Part shown: positions 36,563 to 45,950 of the stretch, in pieces | Numbering within the stretch: the stretch's first letter is position 1 | Layout of the letters: every line of letters starts with the position of its first letter | From: a bacterium | GTDB taxonomy: Bacteria > Hinthialibacterota > Hinthialibacteria > Hinthialibacterales > Hinthialibacteraceae | Direction of reading: 5' to 3' | Assembly: GCA_963662285.2 (NCBI GenBank) | Contig: CAXXMV010000006.1 | Coordinates: 1,152,001-1,216,000 of the forward strand | DNA length: 64,000 nucleotides | Position numbers and translations under genes: made by a program | The notes under the pieces: model-generated | The model's input: only the letters and a program-made list of their open reading frames with translations | The model's database searches: none | What the model was told of the DNA's origin: nothing

Positions 36563-39547
36563 ATGTTCTTAAATATAAGTAATTCAGTCTATTATGCAAA
36601 GCAATTGATACGTTCTTCTCTGCTATGTTTATTATGCTTTTATTTATCGAATCCGGTTGTGGCTCAAGATGCAGCATGGACTCCATCGATCGTAACAGAG
36701 CTAACCTTCGATCTTTTTACTATTGAAGACTCAACCCGTGATGATTTTATCCGTACTGGAAAGTACATTACTCCGGCGGATGATGATCCATCACTGCTAC
36801 AGACCGTTTTTCAGGATGTAAATAAATACCGGCTGCATCTGGAATTTATGGTTGCCGAATTTCCCGAACGCTTTGCTGGTTTAACTTCAGCTGAATACGC
36901 TGACATGGTGTTAAAGCGCAGCGTCCGGCAATATTTCGCTGGTTCCATCTTTAAAATCAAGACGCGGCAAAACGAAATAATGTACGGTTTCAACGTCGAA
37001 ACCAATCCCGCTGAACCAGTTGAACTCGCTGAAGCGATAGATGTGTATCATCAATTAGCTGCTGTAATGACGCTGCGGCCTTTGGTTTATGCTCCCATAT
37101 CAATAAACGATATTGAACGTGCGGCGCCGTGGAGCGTCAATTCTCAGATGCCAATTTATCTACCCGATGCGCAGGTAGCGCAGGATTACGAAGTATACTC
37201 ATCTGCGGTTAATTATGGCCGCGTTAGGTTGGTTGAACTTGATGAGTTGGCTGATCTGGTGGATAGCGGCCAGGTCGGGTGGCAGGATATCGTGGTCATA
37301 GATAGTGCGCCATCTGATATCGAAACGGTGGTAGCAGGAGTGGTGACAGGCTCTCTGCAGGGAGAACTATCCCATGTCAATGTGCGTTCTCTGCGTCGCG
37401 GGACGCCCAATGCGTATATTAAAAATCCGCATGAAGTGTTTGCGCCCTATGAAGGCCAACTGGTTAAAATAGATTTCGGGCAAGAAAACTACCAAATTAT
37501 CGCGCCTGTAGATTTATCAGAAGCCGAAGCCTGGTGGGATGAGCGCCGCCCTAAACTGGAACCGCTGCCTGAATCAGGCGACGATTTTACCGACCTGATA
37601 ACTCTACCGGATTTAGCTGTTTTGCTGGATCACTCAGAAACTGTAACCAGGTACGGCGGCAAAACTTCTGGTATTGTCCAGTTATACAGATTTCTCGATG
37701 ACTCGTTTTTGGTAGATGGATATGGCATCCCCTTTTACTATTACCTTGAGTTCATGAGATCAAATACCATACCAGATTTTCGTAATCCAGAACAACATGT
37801 AACCTATGAAGAATATATAAACCTGCTCTCGGAAGATGAAAAATTCCGCAGCGACTCGGTTTACCGCTTTGAGATTCTCAATGAATTTCAAGATTACATG
37901 CGCGACAATGGCCGCATTAGCCCTGCTTTGATTGATCTAATCGTCAACCAGACCATCGACGTTTTTGGCTCGTCAGACGTCAAAATACGTTTCCGTTCAT
38001 CCTCCAATGCCGAAGATAGCCTCGAGTTCAACGGAGCGGGACTCTACGATTCAACCTCGGCCTGCGTACTGGATACGCTCGACGTTGATGATGAGGGGCC
38101 TTGTAATTGCGATCCCGGCGAAAAGGCGGAACGCACAGTCGAGCGTGGTCTGAAGAAAGTCTGGGCCAGTCTGTGGAATACCAGAGCATTTGAGGAGCGT
38201 GAGTATTTTCAAATCGACCATACAAAAGTCCGTATGGGAATATTAGTATCGCGCGCTTTTCCAAGCGAAGACTCCAACGGTGTGGCCTTTACAGGCGACC
38301 CTGTAGCTGGAAACAAAGACTATTATGTAATCAACGTTCAACAAGGCGATGAAAGCGTAGTTCAGCCCGGAACAGGCATCATATCTGAAAAAGACATTCT
38401 TTCTATCGAAAATGGTCAGGTGATCAGCCTTAACCGTTCGCGTGGTTCTTCATTGCTGACCGCTGGCCAATGGGTTCTTTCAGAAGAGCAACTAAACCAG
38501 CTCGGGGCAGTTATGCATGAAATCGATATTAACATGCCGCTTGGAGAGTATGAAAACCTGCGCGACCGGATTATTTTTGATATAGAGTTTAAGTTCCAGG
38601 ATGGCGTTTTAGTACTCAAACAATTTCGACCTTCGCTGATTGCTTCAGAATTGAATCCACCAAACCAAGACTTATTTACTATTCAGATTCCACCTGATAC
38701 CAAAGTTGTAGGCGTATTTCAAGAAGGCCGTTCCTTGATTGATGAGTATGAGTTGTTATCGACCATCCATTTTGCTGAGGGAGATTTCACCATACCTACC
38801 AATCCGGGGCAATATGATTTAGATATAATTAAGCGCTTCGAGTTTGGCCGCAAAGATCAAACTGCTGAAGCCCTGGGGACAGGCCGTGTGGATGTCTCTG
38901 TCGAAACGGGCGTCGATAGTGATATTGTCAGGTTTAAATTTATGCAGGATTTCAAGGTTAATGGTAATACGATTAACTTATCTATCGATAATTTATGGAC
39001 TAGCATTACGAACGGAGCATTGGATCAGGAATCATTGCTTTTTGATGAACCTTATTTGTCGCAAAATCTTTACATGTTAGGTAAAATGCAGGTTGGAGTT
39101 CGCATTATATTCTTGAGATTTGCATCATCCGGATACGAAAGTCTGCCATTGTATCTTCTTGATCTGCAACTGGAAGACAATCAGTTCATTCAGCTCTATC
39201 AGCGTTGGCAGCCTCCTATGGCCGGTTCAGGTCCGGCAAACCTGGTTTTTGCAACCTACAATATCCATGAAGGCATTGGCATTCAATCGGATTATTGGAA
39301 CCTGATCTATGCTGCTGAACATCACAATTGGAATGAACAATATTGGGTGTTTTTTGATGAACCGATTGGCGAAGCCTTCGGTCTGGCCGTCATTACCGAA
39401 GATTTTCCCAGTGCTATAGAGGTCTATACCTTAGACGCAGATTTATACCCTCTACGCAGCATTGAAATTAACTCGATTATCAAGGAACTCTACCTGGGCG
39501 TCTTTCCACCATCAGTGAATGTAAAATCTTGGCAATTATATAATTAA
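36563..39547 (+). CDS. Exported PEP/pyruvate-binding (PPDK N-terminal, ATP-grasp) domain protein with C-terminal VKSWQLYN tail
   Basis: Signal peptide; YGGKT, RFRSSSNAEDSLEFNGAGLYDS, VWASLW, NGVAFT, DIEFKF...LKQFRP. Confidence 0.82.
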   Translation: MFLNISNSVYYAKQLIRSSLLCLLCFYLSNPVVAQDAAWTPSIVTELTFDLFTIEDSTRDDFIRTGKYITPADDDPSLLQTVFQDVNKYRLHLEFMVAEFPERFAGLTSAEYADMVLKRSVRQYFAGSIFKIKTRQNEIMYGFNVETNPAEPVELAEAIDVYHQLAAVMTLRPLVYAPISINDIERAAPWSVNSQMPIYLPDAQVAQDYEVYSSAVNYGRVRLVELDELADLVDSGQVGWQDIVVIDSAPSDIETVVAGVVTGSLQGELSHVNVRSLRRGTPNAYIKNPHEVFAPYEGQLVKIDFGQENYQIIAPVDLSEAEAWWDERRPKLEPLPESGDDFTDLITLPDLAVLLDHSETVTRYGGKTSGIVQLYRFLDDSFLVDGYGIPFYYYLEFMRSNTIPDFRNPEQHVTYEEYINLLSEDEKFRSDSVYRFEILNEFQDYMRDNGRISPALIDLIVNQTIDVFGSSDVKIRFRSSSNAEDSLEFNGAGLYDSTSACVLDTLDVDDEGPCNCDPGEKAERTVERGLKKVWASLWNTRAFEEREYFQIDHTKVRMGILVSRAFPSEDSNGVAFTGDPVAGNKDYYVINVQQGDESVVQPGTGIISEKDILSIENGQVISLNRSRGSSLLTAGQWVLSEEQLNQLGAVMHEIDINMPLGEYENLRDRIIFDIEFKFQDGVLVLKQFRPSLIASELNPPNQDLFTIQIPPDTKVVGVFQEGRSLIDEYELLSTIHFAEGDFTIPTNPGQYDLDIIKRFEFGRKDQTAEALGTGRVDVSVETGVDSDIVRFKFMQDFKVNGNTINLSIDNLWTSITNGALDQESLLFDEPYLSQNLYMLGKMQVGVRIIFLRFASSGYESLPLYLLDLQLEDNQFIQLYQRWQPPMAGSGPANLVFATYNIHEGIGIQSDYWNLIYAAEHHNWNEQYWVFFDEPIGEAFGLAVITEDFPSAIEVYTLDADLYPLRSIEINSIIKELYLGVFPPSVNVKSWQLYN

Positions 39548-40035
39548 TCGATAGAGGAGTTATAACCTATAATTGCAGGGTGAAAAAAACTGGGAGAACC
39601 AATTCAGGGACGCAGGGAAGTTTTCGTCTATATTTTCTTGCAGGTAATTTGGGAAGGATGGACGAATCTTTAATCGGTTCTCCCTATAGTCGTTTTGACC
39701 AAATCAGTGTTATTTTTTGTTTTCTTATAATATTTGCCCTCCTTTTATTAGTACTGCATGGTTGATTATATTATTATTTCTTGACATAATGTAAAATAAT
39801 ATGAGTATTTTTTTTTGTTTGTGATATCCTTACAATGGTAAGTAAATAACAGGTTGGTATTTTTGTCAAGTATTTTGTTAAGTATTTTAATATTATTTTT
39901 AGATTATTTGAATTTTAGATGAAAGTCAGAAGATAAATAATTGAAATTTTAGTTTCTATAATGTTGTGATGATGGTGGAAGTCGTTTAATATGTGGTAAG
40001 ATATTTACTAGCATCAGTAAGGGAGTATCAAGGTT

Positions 40036-41217
40036 TTGAAAGCATTCGGTGAATTGCTTCGTGATTTTCGACAAGATCGGCGGATGACTCAGCAGGAAAT
40101 GGCTGATCGTCTTGGCCTTTCATCTCCGTATATTGCGCAAATGGAGAGCGGTTTTAAGCCGCCGCCGCCTCAGCCGCTTGTAGAAAAATTGTCTGCTCTG
40201 CTGCAATTGCGTTTTGAAGAAAAACGCACCTTCGTTGAATCGGCTGAAAAACAGCGGGAATTACAAAGTCTGGTCAAGGCGACGCGTAAGGTTGGATATG
40301 TTCTGGCGGGTAACAAGGTTTGCGTTCCCCAGAAGTCTATTGCTTATCGCATCCAACAGGAGATAGACGACCTGGTTGATTCCGTCCCGTTATCAACTTC
40401 TTTTTCCGTTGATCGCATCAAAAGTACCAAGGGTAATCGTTCTACGGGTCTCGGAAAAAATCTACGGTCAAGGGATGATATCCGGTCGTGGGCGCTTACT
40501 CAGGTGGGCGATCAGCCTTCAAATTGGTTGTCATTTCTCGGTAGTATGTATGGCATGTTATTACTAACGCCGGATGAACGGTTGTTATGCCGGCAACCAT
40601 CTGATGTCAGAGATAAAATTATTAACCATGGCGAGGATGTAGGTACATTCTTCAGTCTTCTTCATCAGGCCATTGATGAATCAAAGGATCAGGTTAACGA
40701 AGGCGTTCTTCCCGAAGTTATTGCGCCTCATGAAGCATGGCGTAATATGGATAGTTTAATGGGGCAGCCTCCTGATTCGGCGGTTGAATTGATCCCCAGG
40801 CAATTAGAAGGCGGGGATAATATTCGTCATATTCCGGTTATCGGCGTGATTAATACAGGAAGCGATGAGTTTGAACATGAAACCGGCTTGGGTTATGTTG
40901 GATTGCCGATGGACTGGTTTAATGTTGAGAATGAGTATGAAGCTTGCATGGTGAAAAGTGACGCCTATGTTGCGCTTGGCGTGTGGCCGGGTTGCAAGGC
41001 GATTTATGAAATAGACGCCCCGGTTGAAAACGAAGACCTGGTAGTTGTCCAAATGGGTGACCGGCGTTGTTTGAGAAAGTATTTCGATCTCGGCGAGCAG
41101 ATTATGCTCCAAGGCGGACCACTCTCTCGACCGGTTCAAGTTTCCAAAGGACAATCCTCTATAAAAGTGATCGGGGTTGTTAGAGAACTCATTTCCCGAT
41201 TCAAGGAAATGCGTTAG
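40036..41217 (+). CDS. XRE-family HTH regulator with C-terminal LexA/S24-like domain
   Basis: MTQQEMADRLGLSSPYIAQMESG HTH; IPVIG...VKSDAY...NEDLVVV...VIGVV S24-like region. Confidence 0.8.
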   Translation: MKAFGELLRDFRQDRRMTQQEMADRLGLSSPYIAQMESGFKPPPPQPLVEKLSALLQLRFEEKRTFVESAEKQRELQSLVKATRKVGYVLAGNKVCVPQKSIAYRIQQEIDDLVDSVPLSTSFSVDRIKSTKGNRSTGLGKNLRSRDDIRSWALTQVGDQPSNWLSFLGSMYGMLLLTPDERLLCRQPSDVRDKIINHGEDVGTFFSLLHQAIDESKDQVNEGVLPEVIAPHEAWRNMDSLMGQPPDSAVELIPRQLEGGDNIRHIPVIGVINTGSDEFEHETGLGYVGLPMDWFNVENEYEACMVKSDAYVALGVWPGCKAIYEIDAPVENEDLVVVQMGDRRCLRKYFDLGEQIMLQGGPLSRPVQVSKGQSSIKVIGVVRELISRFKEMR

Positions 41218-41222
41218 GAGAA

Positions 41223-41888
41223 GTGACTATGGGAGAAGGTACAATAGATTTCGGGCCTTATATTATCGCAGGCGAGAGCATCCTTCTTTTGGCATTGGTT
41301 ATCCTTGCCACAATCATTTACCGTAATAGAAAATTGCTTGTTCGTCAGGGCGGGCGTACGGAGACGCTTCAACCGGATGAAGATATGTCCATCCAGGAAC
41401 TGGTTGATAGAGCACGCAAAGAGAACCCATCAATGCCATTGAATATTATGTTGGGCAGCGGTTCTTATATTATGGAAGAACAGCTTGACGTTAATTCATC
41501 CGTGCGGCTGCATGGAACAAGCGTTAATAAAACCAAGATTGTATCCACTGGCGATCATCCCGCCATATCTATAAAAGACGCCAAGGATTGTTCCCTGGCC
41601 AATATCCAGATCGAAGGCGCCGTCCAGTGCAGCAATGGAGAAGTGACTCTGCGCAATTGTCATATCGTCGCTAAAGAGGATGGCATTTGCATCGAGGCGC
41701 TTGACGGTTCCGCTGTTACCTTCAGCGGCGCTATAAGCGGACAAGAGGGAGTCGCTATTCGCGCCAAGGGTGGATCGAAAGTTACTCTCAAACCGCCGTA
41801 CGCTCTTTCGGGGGATGACTTCATCGTGGTTGATCCCAAGAGTTCTGTTGGCATCGAAGATCAAAATGATGCTGCCAAAAAAGAATAA
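41223..41888 (+). CDS. Membrane-anchored protein with short right-handed beta-helix (pectin-lyase-like) domain
   Basis: One TM helix, then LGSGSY..E.L.V...V.LHG and beta-helix-like repeats; 5 bp after the regulator. Confidence 0.6.
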   Translation: MTMGEGTIDFGPYIIAGESILLLALVILATIIYRNRKLLVRQGGRTETLQPDEDMSIQELVDRARKENPSMPLNIMLGSGSYIMEEQLDVNSSVRLHGTSVNKTKIVSTGDHPAISIKDAKDCSLANIQIEGAVQCSNGEVTLRNCHIVAKEDGICIEALDGSAVTFSGAISGQEGVAIRAKGGSKVTLKPPYALSGDDFIVVDPKSSVGIEDQNDAAKKE

Positions 41889-41943
41889 TAAACTTAATAA
41901 GCCCACGAACTGACCAGTTCGATTATGGATTTTAATCCTGATC

Positions 41944-43011
41944 CTAATCTGGTATAGAGTGATTTTGCGTTGCGCTCCACTCTGCGGGAGTGTTGCAGTT
42001 TTTCCAGTTTGACGTAAGTTCTTGCGGGATCGCCGCCCGGTATGTTTTGGGATGATTCAGGGCTTCCCGCAGCGAGAAATTTCCCCCTCTACAAGCATTC
42101 TCCAGCATCTCCTGGGCTTGCGGTTCATAAATCGCGAGCAATGGTTGCACCTGGTCTTCGATGCAAGGCAACACTACCCACCGACCCGGCTTGCGTTGTT
42201 GTTGCAGCCATTGCAAAGCCTCAACCGACAACAACGGCATGTCGCATGCCGCAAATAGCCAGCCCGATGTTGGCGCCCAACGCATGGCGCTTAACATACC
42301 CGCCATCGGTCCCTCGCATCCGGTGATATCCGGGATTTGCTTAAAATCAGGCAAACTGATTTCAGTAGGCGCCTCACCCAATAAAACAGGATTTGCTATT
42401 TCTTCTTTAACCGTATCCAGTATCGACTCCAGCAAATTTCTCCCCTGCCATTGCAATGCTGCCTTTGGTTTACCCATTCGCTTGCTCTTGCCGCCGATCA
42501 GGATTCCCGCATAAAGTGGCGCCGCAGACCATGCATCCGCTAACCAGTTATTAATTATCTCTTTGGCGCGCTCCAACCTGTTTTCCGCATTCCAAGGCAG
42601 GATATCAATTATGTTATGCAGTCCATCCGGTTTCTCTTCCTTGTCAGGATGTTCCAGCCATAGTTTCGGCAAGGCGGTATTTTTATGACCTTCCAGCAAA
42701 ACAAAGTCCACTTGTTTTGCAAAATAACCAAGATGGTGTTCAATATCTGAACTGTTTTTACGCGCCCTAATGAATACCTGTTCTGCATCGTGAGCGATTA
42801 ACCGGCAGGCGCCCGCTTTCCAAAGACGGTCGGTGTCTTTACCGGGGCGGTCTAATTCCAACTGATGCGCATCATGCTTAACTACGCCAACCGATAGTCC
42901 ATGTTCATAAAAATACGCAATGAGTCTCTCCAAAAGCCAGGTTTTGCCGGATCCGCTCCAACCGCATATCGCGAAAACAAGGGGGTGGGAAGAATTATTT
43001 GATATTTGCAT
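41944..43011 (-). CDS. mobB: Fused molybdopterin-guanine dinucleotide biosynthesis protein MobB / molybdenum cofactor guanylyltransferase MobA
   Basis: N-terminal GWSGSGKT, KHDAH, GKDT, EGHK; C-terminal LIGGKSKRMG..KA, GPMAG, ACDMP, NCNTP. Confidence 0.9.
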   Translation of the reverse strand: MQISNNSSHPLVFAICGWSGSGKTWLLERLIAYFYEHGLSVGVVKHDAHQLELDRPGKDTDRLWKAGACRLIAHDAEQVFIRARKNSSDIEHHLGYFAKQVDFVLLEGHKNTALPKLWLEHPDKEEKPDGLHNIIDILPWNAENRLERAKEIINNWLADAWSAAPLYAGILIGGKSKRMGKPKAALQWQGRNLLESILDTVKEEIANPVLLGEAPTEISLPDFKQIPDITGCEGPMAGMLSAMRWAPTSGWLFAACDMPLLSVEALQWLQQQRKPGRWVVLPCIEDQVQPLLAIYEPQAQEMLENACRGGNFSLREALNHPKTYRAAIPQELTSNWKNCNTPAEWSATQNHSIPD

Positions 43012-43022
43012 TTTTTTAATTA

Positions 43023-44264
43023 TTAAATCCAGGGATGATATTCCACTATTTCTCCACTTTTATAATCTTCTCGATCCGGCGGAAAAATAGCCGTTCCTTC
43101 AGCCGAACTGGCCGAAATGAAATCACCCGATCCATGCGAGGGTATTAATTCCAGCATAAGTTTCTTACCAACATTAATAGTCTTGGCCAGCTTATAATGG
43201 ATGCGGCCTTTGGGGCATTGCACTGGTTCAGAAAGTTTTACTGGAATGGAAAACGGCTCGCATTTTTCATATCCCATCCGGCGGCGCAAGGCAGGTAAAA
43301 CCATCTCCCGCATTGAAACCATTACCGAAACCGGATTTCCCGGCAGCCCGAATACCAAGGTTTGTTTTCCACTCTGTTTATCCTTCATTAAACCAAAATG
43401 AAAAGGCTTGCCCGGTTTCATCCGAATCCCGCGAATCAGCCACTTGACGCCCAGTTCTTCAAGAACATCTGGAACATAATCAAAGTCACCCTTACTCACT
43501 CCTCCGGCAATGATAACCACGTCATGCTTAAGCGCATCCTTCAGTTTCCTTTTCAACGCAGCCTTTACATCGCGAACCAGGCGAAGTGAAACTGGTTTCA
43601 ACTGAAGAGTCTTCAGCAATTCTTTTATGGATACGCTATTACAATCCCGGATCTGTTCCGGTTTAGGCTGAACGCCATGGGCGACAATCTCATCTCCGGT
43701 AACAATCACCGCTATACCTGGTTTTGAGACGACGTCAACCTCGGAAATTCCCAATGACGCCAGAGTGGCAATCGTTGCGGGATTCACGACGGTTTTTTTA
43801 GGTAAAACAATCCGGCCCCGCCTGGCGTCCTCGCCGCGCTTGCATACATTTTCACCGGCTTGCGCTTCACGCAAGAAACGCACTTGATCTTCACTCGCTA
43901 TCTCAGTGTGTTCCACCATAACCACCGCATTGGCGCCGGACGGGACAGGCGCGCCTGTCATGATGCGCAAGCATTGACCGCGTCTGATGCGTCCTTCCCA
44001 TGTCTGACCGGCAGGCAAGACGCCGATATTAGAGAGCGTCCCGCCATTGACCACATCTTGCGCCCGTACGGCATAACCATCCATCGCGGATCGATTAAAA
44101 GGTGGATAATCCCTATCAGCGCAGATCGGCTTGGCCAGCACGCACCCTATGGATTTACTTGCCGGGATAGTTGAACAGGCGCCAGGCGCAACGGCAGCGA
44201 GAATTGTTTGCAAGGCTTCTGTTGGATCAATTAATGGTTGTTTGGAATTTTGGTTATTTTTCAT
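43023..44264 (-). CDS. moeA: Molybdopterin molybdotransferase
   Basis: PPFNRSAMDGYA, IMTGAPVP, TGDE, GGVSKGDFD, MKPGKP, LPGNPVS. Confidence 0.95.
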   Translation of the reverse strand: MKNNQNSKQPLIDPTEALQTILAAVAPGACSTIPASKSIGCVLAKPICADRDYPPFNRSAMDGYAVRAQDVVNGGTLSNIGVLPAGQTWEGRIRRGQCLRIMTGAPVPSGANAVVMVEHTEIASEDQVRFLREAQAGENVCKRGEDARRGRIVLPKKTVVNPATIATLASLGISEVDVVSKPGIAVIVTGDEIVAHGVQPKPEQIRDCNSVSIKELLKTLQLKPVSLRLVRDVKAALKRKLKDALKHDVVIIAGGVSKGDFDYVPDVLEELGVKWLIRGIRMKPGKPFHFGLMKDKQSGKQTLVFGLPGNPVSVMVSMREMVLPALRRRMGYEKCEPFSIPVKLSEPVQCPKGRIHYKLAKTINVGKKLMLELIPSHGSGDFISASSAEGTAIFPPDREDYKSGEIVEYHPWI

Positions 44265-44301
44265 TAAGATGGGTTGCTGGTTTCTTATGATTTCTCCTCA
44301 C

Positions 44302-45279
44302 CTATCCCCCGATAGCGTAAAGCGGGGCAGGGAGGCCTTCGCGATCAACATCTTTCTTGTCATCAATAGCTGTGTGGAATATATCGACTAAGTCATCATA
44401 TCTTTCCTCGATTAAAAGCGGGCGGATATTATAAGTTTGACGTGACTTAATACATATAAGCAATTGTCCGTCATGGGTTATCCTTATCCGGTTGCAGGCC
44501 GCGCAGATTTGCCTGGTTCCAGAATGGATCAAACCGATTTCACCGCCGGTTTCTTTGATAAAATAATATTTCGCCGGCCCCATGCCGATGGAACCATCAG
44601 CTGGAATCAAAGTAAAGTACCGGGATAAGTAATCATGGATTTGATTGCATGTAATCGTCTCGCCCATATCATTATTCCAGGCGGGATGATTCATATATTC
44701 AATAAAACGTATGGTTGTCCCTTCAAGGTGCGCTTTCCTGACCGCATCAGGGATATATGCTATACTGGTGAAATTCATCAACACCCAGTTGAGTTTCACC
44801 GGCGCCAGATTATATCTCCGGGCTTCTTGTATTCCTGCAAAAACTGCATCAAGGCGGTCATGGCCAGTCAAATTTGCAAAGTGGTCTCTATCGAAAGAAT
44901 CCAGACTGATATTAATGCGCGACAATCCGGCTTTTTTTAATGCCTGGCATTTTCCGGCTAATAAAGTTCCATTGGTGGTTAAGGAGATATCAAGATTTTC
45001 ATTCAACTCTCTAAGGTCAGATGTGATTTCAAGCAAATCCGGGCGCAGCAAAGGTTCACCGCCAGTCAACCGGATATGATGCAGGCCATTTTGAACCAGC
45101 ATCGAACATAGAAATACAATTTCTTCACGGGTTAAACTGTGGGTTGAGGCGATTTCTTCCAGGTATTTTTCAGGGCGGCAATAGACGCAATTCAGGTTGC
45201 ACCGGTCAGTTAAAGACAAGCGTAGATACAGGTGCTTAAAAACGTCTGATATCTGTTTCATATTGCTATCATACACCAT
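44302..45279 (-). CDS. moaA: GTP 3',8-cyclase
   Basis: YLRLSLTDRCNLNCVYC, TGGEPLLR, RFIEYM, CAACNRIR...C, C-terminal IGG. Confidence 0.93.
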   Translation of the reverse strand: MVYDSNMKQISDVFKHLYLRLSLTDRCNLNCVYCRPEKYLEEIASTHSLTREEIVFLCSMLVQNGLHHIRLTGGEPLLRPDLLEITSDLRELNENLDISLTTNGTLLAGKCQALKKAGLSRINISLDSFDRDHFANLTGHDRLDAVFAGIQEARRYNLAPVKLNWVLMNFTSIAYIPDAVRKAHLEGTTIRFIEYMNHPAWNNDMGETITCNQIHDYLSRYFTLIPADGSIGMGPAKYYFIKETGGEIGLIHSGTRQICAACNRIRITHDGQLLICIKSRQTYNIRPLLIEERYDDLVDIFHTAIDDKKDVDREGLPAPLYAIGG

Positions 45280-45313
45280 TAGATCGATTATGTATATTTG
45301 AGAAGTAGCTGGT

Positions 45314-45865
45314 TTACCTGATCAATATCAAGCCCATTTCATTCACTAATGCGCGTCCCTTGTCCATATTATTAGCATCATTCTTTGCGTCTTCTTTTTC
45401 AAATTCCAGCGCCAGCGCTTGCATTTCTTCATCCGTCAATGTTTCTGCAACCATGGGGTATAAGATATAGTCTTCTGTTTGCATGTGTTTTCTCAGCATG
45501 GATGCGTACTGGGATATATTATCCATCAGTTTTTCGGTGGGGATATTTTTCCCTTCCGAATACCCCTTCAGCGCGTTGGATATTTCAGAAATCATATTAC
45601 GCCCGTGGTTGTGTTGATTGTTAAGAGCCTCGATTTGCGCATCCATTTCGCCTTTCTTTTTTTGCGCCAAAAGGCCGAACATTACATGTTCCTCTTTGAA
45701 ATGATGCAGCTTAAACACCACGGTGCGGAAGAATTCGACCGCTTTTTGAAAGAATTCCACAGGAGGCCGATTGCCGTTTTCCATATCTTCTTTGGCCAAA
45801 GTAATGTTATCCAACGCTTGCCGGATTAAACCATGTTCGTGTTTTAATGTTTGCAGAGGATCCAT
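45314..45865 (-). CDS. Hemerythrin-like domain protein
   Basis: EH, HHFKEE, QH and H...ED..LYP motifs. Confidence 0.85.
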   Translation of the reverse strand: MDPLQTLKHEHGLIRQALDNITLAKEDMENGNRPPVEFFQKAVEFFRTVVFKLHHFKEEHVMFGLLAQKKKGEMDAQIEALNNQHNHGRNMISEISNALKGYSEGKNIPTEKLMDNISQYASMLRKHMQTEDYILYPMVAETLTDEEMQALALEFEKEDAKNDANNMDKGRALVNEMGLILIR

Positions 45866-45950
45866 TATTTATCTCCCTTGTAATATAAGCAAAATTTAAT
45901 CGAAGACTCTTGTTCAAAGAATCTTATTCAATAACATAGAATTAATATTA

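Noticed and set aside
40036-41217. Prophage repressor marking a prophage
   Set aside because: No integrase, structural or replication phage genes flank it; its neighbours are molybdenum cofactor genes.
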